A stretch of DNA of 64,000 nt from Eledone cirrhosa (Eukaryota). Numbering within the stretch: the stretch's first letter is position 1; each line of letters opens with the position of its first letter. The translations under genes were made by a program, and so were the position numbers. The notes under the pieces were generated by a model that searched no databases, had not been told where the DNA came from, and saw only the letters and a program-made list of their open reading frames with translations. Location: the NCBI GenBank assembly GCA_964016885.1, contig OZ024743.1, positions 136,958,001 through 137,022,000 on the forward strand, read 5' to 3'. Positions 41,301-57,200 of the stretch are shown piece after piece.

Positions 41301-42560
41301 AGCACCAAACACCAAGCACCAAGCACCAAACACCAAGCACCAAACACCAAGCACCAAGCACCAAGCACCAAACACCAAGCACCAGGCACCAAGCACCAAA
41401 CACCAAGAACCATGCACCAAGCACCAAGCCCCAAACACTTAACACCAAACACCAAGCACCAAGCACCAAACACCAAGCACCAAACACCAAGCACCAAGCA
41501 CCAAGCACCAAACACCAAGCACCAGGCACCAAGCACCAAACACCAAGCACCAAGCACCAAGCACCAAGCACCAAGCACCAAACACCAAGCACCAAACACC
41601 AAGCACCAAGCACCAAGCACCAAACACCAAGCATCAGGCACCAAGCACCAAACACCAAGCACCATGCACCAAGCACCAAGCCCCAAACACTTAACACCAA
41701 GCACCAAGCACCAAACACCAAGCACCAAACACCAAACACCAAGCACCAAAAACCAAACACCAAGCACCAACTACTAAACACCAAGCACCAAGCACCAAAC
41801 ACCAAGCACCAAGCACCAAACACCAAACACCAAGAACCAAGCACCAAACACCAAGCACCAAGGACCAAGCACCAGGCACCAAGCACCAAGCACCAAACAC
41901 AAAACACCAAGCACCAAGCACCAAGCAGCAAACACCAAGCATCAAACACCAAACACCAAACATCAAGCTCCAAACACCAAGCACCAAGCACCAAACACCA
42001 AACACCAAGCACCAAGCACCAAACAACAAGCACCAGGCACCAAACACCAAACACCAAACACCAAGCACGCAGCATCAAACACCAAGCACCAAGCACCAAG
42101 CACCAAACACCAAGCACCAAACACCAGCCACCATGCACCAAGCACCAAACACCAAACACCAAGCACTAAGCACCAAACACCAAACAACAAGCACCAAGCA
42201 CCAAACACCAAACACCAAGCACGCATCAGCAAGCACCAAGCACCAAGCACCAAACACCAAGCACCAAGCACCAAGCACCAAACACCAAACACCAAACACC
42301 AAGCACCAAGAACCAAACACCAAACACCAAACAGCAAGCACCAAGCACCAAACACCAAGCACCAAACACCAAACCCCAAGCACCAATCACAAAACACTAA
42401 TCACCAAGCACCAAGCAACAAACACCGAGCACCAAGCATCAAGCACCAAACACCAAGCACCAAGCACCAAACACCAAACCCCAAGCACCAAAGACCAAGC
42501 ACCAAGCACCAAGGACCAAACACCAAGCAGCAAGCAGCAAGCACCAAACACCAAACACCA
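38330..42560 (-). repeat. Higher-order duplication, offset 2562 bp (~38330-39550 at ~40890-42110, continuing with whole-monomer indels)
   Basis: ORF pairs 38506/41068, 38652/41214, 38850/41412, 39129/41691, 39401/41963 and 39513/42075. Confidence 0.92.
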
Positions 42561-45500
42561 AGCACCAAGCCCCAAACACTTAACACCAAGCACCAAGCAC
42601 CAAGCACCAAACACCAATCACCAAAAACCAAACACCAAGCACCAAGTACCAAACACCAAGCACCAAGCACCAAACACCAAGCACCAAGCACCAATCACCA
42701 AACACCAAGAACCAAGCACCAAACACCAAGCACCAAGCACCAAGCACCAGGCACCAAGCACCAAGCACCAAACACAAAACACCAAGCACCAAGCACCAAG
42801 CAGCAAACACCAAGCATCAAACACCAAACACCAAACACCAAGCACCAAGCACCAAGCACCAAGCAGCAAACAGCAAGCATCAAACACCAAACACCAAACA
42901 CCAAGCACCAAACACCAAGCACCAAGCACCAAACACCAAACACCAAGCACCAAGCACCAAGCACCAAACACCAAACACCAAGCACCAAACACCAAACACC
43001 AAGCACCAAGCACCAAACACCAAACAACAAGCACCAAGCACCAAGCAAAAAACACCAAACACCAAGCACGCAGCATCAAACACCAAGCACCAAGCAGCAA
43101 GCACCAAACAACAAGCACCAAGCACCAAGCACCAAGTACCAAACACCAAACACCAAGCACCAAACACCAAACACCAAGCACCAATCACCAAGCACGAAAC
43201 ACCAGGCACCAAGCACCAAGCACCAAACACCAAACACCAAGCATCAAACACCAGCCACCAAGCACCAAGCACCAAACACCAAACACCAAGCACTAAGCAC
43301 CAAACACCAAACAACAAGCACCAGGCACCAAACACCAAACACCAAACACCAAGCACCAAGAACCAAACACCAAACACCAAACAGCAAGCACCAAGCACCA
43401 AACACCAAGCACCAAACACCAAACCCCAAGCACCAATCACCAAACACTAATCACCAAGCACCAAGCACCAAACACCGAGCACCAAACACCAAGCACCAAA
43501 CACCAAACACCAAACCCCAACCACCATAGACCAAGCACCAAGCACCAAGGAACAAACACCAAGCACCAAGCACCAAGCACCAAGCACCAAGCACCAAACA
43601 CCCAGCACCAAGCACCAAGCATCAAACAACAAGCACCAAGCACCAAACACCAAACACCAAACACCAAACACCAAGCACTAAACAGCAAGCACCAAACACC
43701 AAACACCAAACAACAAACACCAAACAGCAAACACCAAACACCAAACAGCAAACAGCAAACGCCAAACACCAAGCACCAAGCACCAAGCACCAAACCCCAA
43801 GCACCAAGCTCCAAGCACAAAACACCAAACACCAAGCACCAAGGACCAAACATCAAACACCAAGCACCAAGCACCAAACACCAAACACCAAGCACCAAAC
43901 ACCAAGCACCAAACACCAAGCTCCAAACACCAAGCACCAAACACCAAACACCAAGCACCAAGCACCAAGCACCAAACACCAACTACCAAACACCAAGCAC
44001 CAAACACCAAGTCCCACGCACCAAGCAGCAAACACCAAGCACCAAGCCCCAAGCACCAATCACCAAGCACCAAACACCAAGCAGCAAGCAGCAAGCACCA
44101 AACACCAAACACCAAGCACCAAGCACCAAATACCAAACACCAAGCACCAAGGACCAAACATCAAACACCAAGCACCAAGCACCAAACGCCTAACACCAAG
44201 CACCAAGCACCAAGCACCAATCACCAAACACCAAGCACCAATCACCAAACACCAAGCACCAAGCACCAAACACCAAGCACCAGGCACCAAGCACCAAACA
44301 CCAAGCACCAAGCACCAAACACCAAGCACCAAGACCGAAGCACCAAACACCAAGCACCAAGCACAAAGCACCAAGCACCAAGCACCAAAAACCAAACACC
44401 AAGCACCAAGTACCAAACACCAAGCACCAAGCACCAAACACCAAGCACCAAGCACCAATCACCAAACACCAAGAACCAAGCACCAAATACCAAGCACCAA
44501 GCACCAAGCACCAGGCACCAAGCACCAAGCATCAAACACAAAATACCAAGCACCAAGAACCAAGCAGCAAACACCAAGCATCAAACACCAAACACCAAAC
44601 ACCAAGCACCAAACACCAAGCACCAAGCACCAAACACCAAACACCAAGCACCAAGCACCAAGCACCAAACACCAAACACCAAGCACCAAACACCAGATAC
44701 CAAGCACCAAGCACCAAACACCAAACTCCAAGCACCAAGCACCAAACACCAAACAACAAGCACCAGGCACCAAACACCAAACACCAAGCACCAAGCACCA
44801 AACACCAAACACCAAGCACGCAGCATCAAACACCAAGCACCAAGCACCAAGCACCAAATACCAAGCACCAAGCACCAAACACCAACCACCAAACACAAAG
44901 CACCAAGCACCAAGCACCAAGCACCAAACACCAAACACCAAGCACCAAACACCAGCCACCATGCACCAATCACCAAACACCAAACACCAAGCACTAAGCA
45001 CCAAACACCAAACAACAAGCACCAAGCACCAAACACCAAACACCAAGCACGCATCACCAAGCACCAAGCACCAAGCACCAAACACCAAGCACCAAGCACC
45101 AAGCACCAAACACCAAACACCAAACACCAAGCACCAAGAACCAAACACCAAACACCAAACAGCAAGCACCAAGCACCAAACACCAAGGACCAAACACCAA
45201 ACCCCAAGCACCAATCACAAAACACTAATCACCAAGCACCAAGCAACAAACACCGAGCACCAAGCATCAAGCACCAAACACCAAGCACCAAGCACCAAAC
45301 ACCAAAACCCAAGCACCAAAGACCAAGCACCAAGCACCAAGGACCAAACACCAAGCAGCAAGCAGCAAGCACCAAACACCAAACACCAAGCACCAAGCAC
45401 CAAACACCAAGCACCAAGGACCAAACATCAAACACCAAGCACCAAGCACCAAACACCTAACACCAAGCACCAGGCACCAAGCACCAAACACCAAGCACCA

Positions 45501-48500
45501 AGCACCAAACACCAAGCACCAAGACCGAAGCACCAAACACCAATCACCAAGCACAAAGCACCAAGCACCAAGCACCAAAAACCAAACACCAAGCACCAAG
45601 TACCAAACACCAAGCACTAAGCACCAAACACCAAGCACCAAGCACCAATCACCAAACACCAAGAACCAAGCACCAGACACCAAGCACCAAGCACCAAGCA
45701 CCAGGCACCAAGCACCAAGCACCAAACACAAAACACCAAGCACCAAGAACCAAGCAGCAAACACCAAGCATCAAACACCAAACACCAAATACCAAGCACC
45801 AAACACCAAGCACCAAGCACCAAACACCAAACACCAAGCACCAAGCACCAAGCACCAAACACCAAACACCAAGCACCAAGCACCGAACACCAAGCACATA
45901 ACACCAAGCACCAAACACCAAGCACCAAGCACCAAACACCAAGCACCAAACACCAAGCACCAAGCACCAAGCACCAAACACCAAGCACCATGCACCAAGC
46001 ACCAAGCCCCAAACACTTAACACCAAGCACCAAGCACCAAGCACCAAACACCAATCACCAAAAACCAAACACCAAGCACCAAGTACCAAACACCAAGCAC
46101 CAAGCACCAAACACCAACCACCAAACACAAAGCACCAAGCACCAAGCACCAAGCACCAAACACCAAACACCAAGCACCAAACACCAGCCACCATGCACCA
46201 AGCACCAAACACCAAACACCAAGCACTAAGCACCAAACACCAAACAACAAGCACCAAGCACCAAACACCAAACACCAAGCACGCATCACCAAGCACCAAG
46301 CACCAAGCACCAAACACCAAGCACCAAGCACCAAGCACCAAACACCAAACACCAAACACCAAGCACCAAGAACCAAACACCAAACACCAAACAGCAAGCA
46401 CCAAGCACCAAACACCAAGGACCAAACACCAAACCCCAAGCACCAATCACAAAACACTAATCACCAAGCACCAAGCAACAAACACCGAGCACCAAGCATC
46501 AAGCACCAAACACCAAGCACCAAGCACCAAACACCAAAACCCAAGCACCAAAGACCAAGCACCAAGCACCAAGGACCAAACACCAAGCAGCAAGCAGCAA
46601 GCACCAAACACCAAACACCAAGCACCAAGCACCAAACACCAAGCACCAAGGACCAAACATCAAACACCAAGCACCAAGCACCAAACATCTAACACCAAGC
46701 ACCAAGCACCAAGCACCAAGCACCGAACACCAAGCACATAACACCAAGCACCAAACACCAAGCACCAAGCACCAAACACCAAGCACCAAACACCAAGCAC
46801 CAAGCACCAAGCACCAAACACCAAGCACCATGCACCAAGCACCAAGCCCCAAACACTTAACACCAAGCACCAAGCACCAAGCACCAAACACCAATCACCA
46901 AAAACCAAACACCAAGCACCAAGTACCAAACACCAAGCACCAAGCACCAAACACCAACCACCAAACACAAAGCACCAAGCACCAAGCACCAAGCACCAAA
47001 CACCAAACACCAAGCACCAAACACCAGCCACCATGCACCAAGCACCAAACACCAAACACCAAGCACTAAGCACCAAACACCAAACAACAAGCACCAGCAC
47101 CAAACACCAAACACCAAGCACGCATCACCAAGCACCAAGCACCAAGCACCAAACACCAAGCACCAAGCACCAAGCACCAAACACCAAACACCAAACACCA
47201 AGCACCAAGAACCAAACACCAAACACCAAACAGCAAGCACCAAGCACCAAACACCAAGGACCAAACACCAAACCCCAAGCACCAATCACAAAACACTAAT
47301 CACCAAGCACCAAGCAACAAACACCGAGCACCAAGCATCAAGCACCAAACACCAAGCACCAAGCACCAAACACCAAAACCCAAGCACCAAAGACCAAGCA
47401 CCAAGCACCAAGGACCAAACACCAAGCAGCAAGCAGCAAGCACCAAACACCAAACACCAAGCACCAAGCACCAAACACCAAGCACCAAGGACCAAACATC
47501 AAACACCAAGCACCAAGCACCAAACACCTAACACCAAGCACCAAGCACCAAGCACCAAGCACCAAGCACCGAACACCAAGCACATAACACCAAGCACCAA
47601 ACACCAAGCACCAAGCACCAAACACCAAGCACCAAACACCAAGCACCAAGCACCAAGCACCAAACACCAAGCACCATGCACCAAGCACCAAGCCCCAAAC
47701 ACTTAACACCAAGCACCAAGCACCAAGCACCAAACACCAATCACCAAAAACCAAACACCAAGCACCAAGTACCAAACACCAAGCACCAAGCACCAAACAC
47801 CAAGCACCAAGCACCAATCACCAAACACCAAGAACCAAGCACCAAACACCAAGCACCAAGCACTAAGCACCAGGCACCAAGCACCAAGCACCAAACACAA
47901 AACACCAAGCACCAAGCACCAAGCAGCAAACACCAAGCATCAAACACCAAACACCAAACACCAAGCACCAAGCACCAAGCAGCAAACAGCAAGCATCAAA
48001 CACCAAACACCAAACACCAAGCACCAAACACCAAGCACCAAGCACCAAACACCAAACACCAAGCACCAAGCACCAAGCACCAAACACCAAACACCAAGCA
48101 CCAAACACCAAACACCAAGCACCAAGCACCAAACACCAAACAACAAGCACCAAGCACCAAGCAAAAAACACCAAACACCAAGCACGCAGCATCAAACACC
48201 AAGCACCAAGCAGCAAGCACCAAACAACAAGCACCAAGCACCAAGCACCGAGTACCAAACACCAAACACCAAGCACCAAACACCAAACACCAAGCACCAA
48301 TCACCAAGCACGAAACACCAGGCACCAAGCACCAAGCACCAAACACCAAACACCAAGCACCAAACACCAGCCACCAAGCACCAAGCACCAAACACCAAAC
48401 ACCGAGCACTAAGCACCAAACACCAAACACCAAACAGCAAGCACCAAGCACCAAACACCAAGCACCAAACACCAAACCCCAAGCACCAATCACCAAACAC

Positions 48501-49980
48501 TAATCACCAAGCACCAAGCACCAAACACCGAGCACCAAACACCAAGCACCAAGCACCAAACACCAAACCCCAACCACCATAGACCAAGCACCAAGCACCA
48601 AGGAACAAACACCAAGCACCAAGCACCAAGCACCAAACACCAAGCACCAAGCACCAAACACCCAGCACCAAGCACCAAGCATCAAACAACAAGCACCAAG
48701 CACCAAACACCAAACACCAAACACCAAACACCAAGCACTAAACAGCAAGCACCAAACACCAAACACCAAACAACAAACAGCAAACAGCAAACACCAAACA
48801 CCAAACAGCAAACAGCAAACGCCAAACACCAAGCACCAAGCACCAAGCACCAAACACCAAGCACCAAGCTCCAAGCACAAAACACCAAACACCAAGCACC
48901 AAGGACCAAACATCAAACACCAAGCACCAAGCACCAAACACCAAACACCAAGCACCAAACACCAAGCACCAAACACCAAGCTCCAAACACCAAGCACCAA
49001 ACACCAAACACCAAGCACCAAGCACCAAGCACCAAACACCAACTACCAAACACCAAGCACCAAACACCAAGTCCCACGCACCAAGCAGCAATCACCAAGC
49101 ACCAAGCCCCAAGCACCAATCACCAAGCACCAAACACCAAGCAGCAAGCAGCAAGCACCAAACACCAAACACCAAGCACCAAGCACCAAATACCAAACAC
49201 CAAGCACCAAGGACCAAACATCAAACACCAAGCACCAAGCACCAAACGCCTAACACCAAGCACCAAGCACCAAGCACCAAGCACCAATCACCAAACACCA
49301 AGCACCAATCACCAAACACCAAGCACCAAGCACCAAACACCAAGCACCAGGCAACAAGCACCAAACACCAAGCACCAAGCACCAAACTACAAGCACCAAG
49401 ACCGAAGCACCAAACACCAAGCACCAAGCACAAAGCACCAAGCACCAAGCACCAAAAACCAAACACCAAGCACCAAGTACCAAACACCAAGCACCAAGCA
49501 CCAAACACCAAGCACCAAGCACCAATCACCAAACACCAAGAACCAAGCACCAAATACCAAGCACCAAGCACCAAGCACCAGGCACCAAGCACCAAGCACC
49601 AAACACAAAACACCAAGCACCAAGAACCAAGCAGCAAACACCAAGCATCAAACACCAAACACCAAACACCAAGCACCAAACACCAAGCACCAAGCACCAA
49701 ACACCAAACACCAAGCACCAAGCACCCAGCACCAAACACCAAACACCAAGCACCAAACACCAGATACCAAGCACCAAGCACCAAACACCAAACTCCAAGC
49801 ACCAAGCACCAAACACCAAACAACAAGCACCAGGCACCAAACACCAAACACCAAGCACCAAGCACCAAACACCAAACACCAAGCACGCAGCATCAAACAC
49901 CAAGCACCAAGCACCAAGCACCAAATACCAAGCACCAAGCACCAAACACCAACCACCAAACACAAAGCACCAAGCACCAA
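42560..49980 (-). repeat. Long-period duplication: ~42560-44900 recurs at ~47690-49970 (offset 5053-5123 bp)
   Basis: ORF pairs 42580/47703, 42695/47818 (approx.), 43437/48490, 43622/48682, 43983/49043, 44190/49250 and 44581/49648. Confidence 0.88.
44880..47790 (-). repeat. Tandem higher-order repeat, ~840 bp period (about 2-3 copies; first step 1232 bp)
   Basis: ORF pairs 45990/46830/47676 (840, 846), 46193/47033 (840) and 45215/46447/47286 (1232, 839). Confidence 0.9.
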
Positions 49981-50219
49981 ACACCAAGCACCAAGCACCA
50001 AACACCAAGCACCAAGCACCAAACACCAAACCCCAAGCACCAAGCACTAGGCACCAAGCAGCAAGCACCAAACACTAATCACCAAGCACCAAGCACCAAG
50101 CACCAAACACCAAGCACCAAGCACCAAACACCAAACACCAAGATCCAAAGACCAAGCACCAAGCCCCAAGCACCAAGCACCAAAAAATAAGCACCAAGCA
50201 CCAAACACCAAGCACCAAG

Positions 50220-53200
50220 CACCAAACACCAACCACCCAGCACCAAGCACCAAGCACCAAACACCAAGCACCAAACACCAAACACCAAGCACCTAGCACC
50301 AAGCGCCAAGCACCAAACACCAAGCACCAATCACCAAGCACCAAACAACAAGCAGCAAGCAGCAAGCACCAAACACCAAACACCAAGCACCAAGCACCAA
50401 ACACCAAGCACCAAGGACCACACATCAAACACCAAGCACCAAGCACCAAACACCTAACACCAAGCACCAAGCACCAAGCACCAAGCACCGAACACCAAGC
50501 ACCAAACACCAAGCACCAAACACCAAGCACCAAGCACCAAACACCAAGCACCAAACACCAAGCACCAAACACCAAGCACCAAAAACCAAACACCAAGCAC
50601 CAACTACTAAACACCAAGCACCAAGCACCAAACACCAAGCACCAAGCACCAAACACCAAACACCAAGAACCAAGCACCAAACACAAAGCACCAAGGACCA
50701 AGCACCAGGCACCAAGCACCAAGCACCAAACACAAAACACCAAGCACCAAGCACCAAGCAGCAAACACCAAGCATCAAACACCAAACACCAAACACCAAG
50801 CACCAAACACCAAGCACAAAGCACCAAACACCAAACACCAAGCACCAAGCACCAAACAACAAGCACCAGGCACCAGGCACCAAGCACCAAACACCAAACA
50901 CCAAGCACGCAGCATCAAACACCAAGCACCAAGCACAAAGCACCAAACACCAAGCACCAAGCACCAAGCACCAAGCACCAAACACCAAACACCAAGCACC
51001 AAACACCAGCCACCATGCACCAAGCACCAAACACCAAACACCAAGCACTAAGCACCAAACACCAAACAACAAGCACCAGGCACCAAGCACCAAACACCAA
51101 ACACCAAGCACGCATCACCAAGCACCAAGCACCAAGCACCAAACACCAAGCACCAAGCACCAAGCACCAAACACCAAACACCAAACACCAAGCACCAAGC
51201 ACCAAACACCAAGCACCAAACACCAAACCCCAAGCACCAATCACAAAACACTAATCACCAAGCACCAAGCACCAAACACCGAGCACCTAGCATCAAGCAC
51301 CAAACACCAAGCACCAAGCACCAAGGACCAAGCACCAAACACCAAACACCAAGCACCAAACACCAAACCCCAAGCACCAAAGACCAAGCACCAAGCACCA
51401 AGGACCAAACACCAAGCACCAAGGACCAAGCAACAAACACCAAGCACCAAGCACCAAACACCCAGCACCAACCACCCAGCACCAAGCACCAAGCACCAAA
51501 CACCAAGCACCAAACACCAAACACCAAGCACCTAGCACCAAGCGCCAAGCACCAAACACCAAGCACCAATCACCAAGCACCAAACACCAAGCAGCAAGCA
51601 GCAAGCACCAAACACCAAACACCAAGCACCAAGCACCAAACACCAAGCACCAAGGACCACACATCAAACACCAAGCACCAAGCACCAAACACCTAACACC
51701 AAGCACCAAGCACCAAGCACCAAGCACCGAACACCAAGCACCAAACACCAAGAACCAAACACCAAGCACCAAGCACCAAACACCAAGCACCAAACACCAA
51801 GCACCAAACACCAAGCACCAAAAACCAAACACCAAGCACCAACTACTAAACACCAAGCACCAAGCACCAAACACCAAGCACCAAGCACCAAACACAAAAC
51901 ACCAAGAACCAAGCACCAAACACAAAGCACCAAGGACCAAGCACCAGGCACCAAGCACCAAGCACCAAACACAAAACACCAAGCACCAAGCACCAAGCAG
52001 CAAACACCAAGCATCAAACACCAAACACCAAGCCCCAAACACCAAGCACAAAGCACCAAACACCAAACACCAAGCACCAAGCACCAAACAACAAGCACCA
52101 GGCACCAGGCACCAAGCACCAAACACCAAACACCAAGCACGCAGCATCAAACACCAAGCACCAAGCACAAAGCACCAAACACCAAGCACCAAGCACCAAG
52201 CACCAAGCACCAAACACCAAACACCAAGCACCAAACACCAGCCACCATGCACCAAGCACCAAACACCAAACACCAAGCACTAAGCACCAAACACCAAACA
52301 ACAAGCACCAGGCACCAAGCACCAAACACCAAACCCCAAGCACCAAGCACCAAACACTAATCACCAAGCACCAAGCACCAAACAACAAGCACCAAGCACC
52401 AAGCACTAGGCACCAAGCAGCAAGCACCAAACACTAATCACCAAGCACCAAGCACCAAGCACCAAACACCAAGCACCAAGCACCAAAGACCAAGCACCAA
52501 GCACCAAGGACCAAACACCAAGCACCAAGGACCAAGCAACAAACACCAAGCACCAAGCACCAAACACCCAGCACCAACCACCCAGCACCAAGCACCAAGC
52601 ACCAAACACCAAGCACCAAACACCAAACACCAAGCACCTAGCACCAAGCGCCAAGCACCAAACACCAAGCACCAATCACCAAGCACCAAACACCAAGCAG
52701 CAAGCAGCAAGCACCAAACACCAAACACCAAGCACCAAGCACCAAACACCAAGCACCAAGGACCACACATCAAACACCAAGCACCAAGCACCAAACACCT
52801 AACACCAAGCACCAAGCACCAAGCACCAAGCACCGAACACCAAGCACCAAACACCAAGAACCAAACACCAAGCACCAAGCACCAAACACCAAGCACCAAG
52901 CACCAAGCAGCAAACACCAAGCATCAAACACCAAACACCAAACACCAAGCACCAAACACCAAGCACAAAGCACCAAACACCAAACACCAAGCACCAAGCA
53001 CCAAACAACAAGCACCAGGCACCAGGCACCAAGCACCAAACACCAAACACCAAGCACGCAGCATCAAACACCAAGCACAAAGCACAAAGCACCAAACACC
53101 AAGCACCAAGCACCAAGCACCAAGCACCAAACACCAAACACCAAGCACCAAACACCAGCCACCATGCACCAAGCACCAAACACCAAACACCAAGCACTAA

Positions 53201-54150
53201 GCACCAAACACCAAACAACAAGCACCAGGCACCAAGCACCAAACACCAAACACCAAGCACGCATCACCAAGCACCAAGCACCAAGCACCAAACACCAAGC
53301 ACCAAGCACCAAGCACCAAACACCAAACACCAAACACCAAGCACCAAGCACCAAACACCAAGCACCAAACACCAAACCCCAAGCTCCAATCACAAAACAC
53401 TAATCACCAAGCACCAAGCACCAAACACCGAGCACCTAGCATCAAGCACCAAACACCAAGCACCAAGCACCAAGCACCAAGCACCAAACACCAAACACCA
53501 AGCACCAAACACCAAACCCCAAGCACCAAAGACCAAGCACCAAGCACCAAGGACCAAACACCAAGCACCAAGGACCAAGCAACAAACACCAAGCACCAAG
53601 CACCAAACACCCAGCACCAACCACCCAGCACCAAGCACCAAGCACCAAACACCAAGCACCAAACACCAAACACCAAGCACCTAGCACCAAGCGCCAAGCA
53701 CCAAACACCAAGCACCAATCACCAAGCACCAAACACCAAGCAGCAAGCAGCAAGCACCAAACACCAAACACCAAGCACCAAGCACCAAACACCAAGCACC
53801 AAGGACCACACATCAAACACCAAGCACCAAGCACCAAACACCTAACACCAAGCACCAAGCACCAAGCACCGAACACCAAGCACCAAACACCAAGAACCAA
53901 ACACCAAGCACCAAGCACCAAACACCAAGCACCAAAAACCAAACACCAAGCACCAACTACTAAACACCAAGCACCAAGCACCAAACACCAAGCACCAAGC
54001 ACCAAACACCAAACACCAAGAACCAAGCACCAAACACAAAGCACCAAGGACCAAGCACCAGGCACCAAGCACCAAGCACCAAACACAAAACACCAAGCAC
54101 CAAGCACCAAGCAGCAAACACCAAGCATCAAACACCAAACACCAAACACC
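50220..54150 (-). repeat. Four-copy ~1.05-1.25 kb repeat arranged as a 2149-bp dimer
   Basis: Marker GGACCACACATCAAA at ~50415, ~51654, ~52760 and ~53803. ORF pairs 50775/52924, 51015/53164 and 51241/53390 (2149); 50425/51664 (1239). Confidence 0.88.
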
Positions 54151-54229
54151 AAGCACCAAACACCAAGCACCAAGCACCAAACACCAAGCACCAAACACCA
54201 AACCCCAAGCACCAAACACCAAACCCCAA

Positions 54230-57200
54230 ACACCAAAGACCAAGCACCAAGCACCAAGGACCAAACACCAAGCACCAAGGACCAAGCAACAAACACCAAG
54301 CACCAAGCACCAAACACCCAGCACCAAGCACCAAGCACCAAACACCAAACACCAAGCACGCAGCATCAAACACCAAGCACCAACCACCAAGCACCAAGCA
54401 CCAATTACCAAACACCAACCACCAAGCACCAAACACCAAACACCAATCACCAAGCACCAAGCACGAAACACCAGGCACCAAGCACCAAGTACCAAACACC
54501 AAACACCAAGCACCAAACACCAGCCACCAAGCACCAAGCACCAAACACCAAACACCAAGCACTAAGCACCAAACACCAAACAGCAAGCACCAGGCACCAA
54601 GCACCAAACACCAAGCACCAAGCACCAAACACCAAGCACCAAGACCGAAGCACCAAACACCAAGTACCAAGCACAAAGCACCAAGCACCAAGCACCAAAA
54701 ACCAAACACCAAGCACCAAGTACCAAACACCAAGCACCAAGCACCAAACACCAAGCACCAAGCACCAATCACCAAACACCAAGAACCAAGCACCAAACAC
54801 CAAGCACCAAGCACCAAGCACCAGGCACCAAGCACCAAGCACCAAACACAAAACACCAAGCACCAAGAACCAAGCAGCAAACACCAAGCATCAAACACCA
54901 AACACCAAACACCAAGCACCAAACACCAAGCACCAAGCACCAAACACCAAACACCAAGCAACAAGCACCAAGACCGAAGCACCAAACACCAAGCACGAAG
55001 CACAAAGCACCAAGCACCAAGCACCAAAAACCAAACACCAAGCACCAAGTACCAAACACCAAGCACCAAGCAGCAAACACCAAGCACCAAGCACCAATCA
55101 CCAAACACCAAGAACCAAGCACCAAACACCAAGCACCAAGCACCAAGCACCAGGCACCAAGCACCAAGCACCAAACACAAAACACCAAGCACCAAGAACC
55201 AAGCAGTAAACACCAAGCATCAAACACCAAACACCAAACACCAAGCACCAAACACCAAGCACCAAGCACCAGACACCAAACACCAAGCACCAAGCACCAA
55301 GCACCAAACACCAAACACCAAGCACCAAACACCAGATACCAAGCACCAAGCACCAAACACCAAACTCCAAGCACTAAGCACCAAACACCAAACAACAAGC
55401 ACCAGGCACCAAACACCAAACACCAAGCACCAAGCACCAAACACCAAACACCAAGCACGCAGCATCAAACACCAAGCACCAAGCACCAAGCACCAAATAC
55501 CAAGCACCAAGCACCAAACACCAACCACCAAACACAAAGCACCAAGCACCAAACACCAAGCACCAAGCAACAAACACCAAGCACCAAGCACCAAACACCA
55601 AACCCCAAGCACCAAGCACCAAACACTAATCACCAAGCACCAAGCACCAAACAACAAGCACCAAGCACCAGGCACCATGCAGCAAGCACCAAACACTAAT
55701 CACCAAGCACCAAGCACCAAGCACCAAACACCAAGCACCAAGCACCAAACACCAAACACCAAGATCCAAAGACCAAGCACCAAGCCCCAAGCACCAAGCA
55801 CCAAAAAATAAGCACCAAGCACCAAACACCAAGCACCAAGCACCAAACACCAACCACCCAGCACCAAGCACCAAGCACCAAACACCAAGCACCAAACACC
55901 AAACACCAAGCACCAAGCACCAAGCGCCAAACACCAAACACCAAGCCCCAAGCACTAAGCACCAAACACCAAGCCCCAAGCAGCAAGCACCAAACACCAA
56001 ACACCAAGCACCAAGCACCAAACACCAAGCACCAAGCACCAAGCACCTAGCACCAAACACCAAACACCAAGCACCAAGCACCAAACACCTAACACCAAGC
56101 ACCAAGCACCAAGCACCAAGCACCGAACACCAAGCACCAAACACCAAGCACCAAACACCAAGCACCAAGCACCAAACACCAAGCACCAAACACCAAGCAC
56201 CAAACACCAAGCACCAAAAACCAAACACCAAGCACCAACTACTAAACACCAAGCACCAAGCACCAAAAACCAAGCACCAAGCACCAAACACCAAACACCA
56301 AGAACCAAGCACCAAACACCAAGCACCAAGGACCAAGCACCAGGCACCAAGCACCAAGCACCAAACACAAAGCACCAAGCACCAAGCACCAAGCAGCAAA
56401 CACCAAGCATCAAACACCAAACACCAAACACCAAGCACCAAACACCAAGCACAAAGCACCAAACACCAAACACCAAGCACCAAGCACCAAACAACAAGCA
56501 CCAGGCACCAGGCACCAAGCACCAAACACCAAACACCAAGCACGCAGCATCAAACACCAAGCACCAAGCACCAAGCACCAAACACCAAACACCAAACACC
56601 AAGCACCAAGCACCAAACACCAAGCACCAAACACCAAACCCCAAGCACCAATCACAAAACACTAATCACCAAGCACCAAGCACCAAACACCGAGCACCAA
56701 GCATCAAGCACCAAACACCAAGCACCAAGCACCAAGCACCAAGCACCAAGCACCAAACACCAAGCACCAAGCACCAAACACCAAACCCCCAGCACCAAAG
56801 ACCAAGCACCAAGCACCAAGGACCAAACACCAAGCACCAAGGACCAAGCAACAAACACCAAGCACCAAGCACCAAACACCCAGCACCAAGCACCAAGCAC
56901 CAAACACCAAACACCAAGCACGCAGCATCAAACACCAAGAACCAAGCACCAAGCACCAAGCACCAATTACCAAACACCAACCACCAAGCACCAAACACCA
57001 AACACCAATCACCAAGCACGAAGCACGAAACACCAGGCACCAAGCACCAAGTACCAAACACCAAACACTAAGCACCAAACACCAGCCACCAAGCACCAAG
57101 CACCAAACACCAAACACCAAGCACTAAGCACCAAACACCAAACAGCAAGCACCAGGCACCAAGCACCAAACACCAAGCACCAAGCACCAAACACCAAGCA

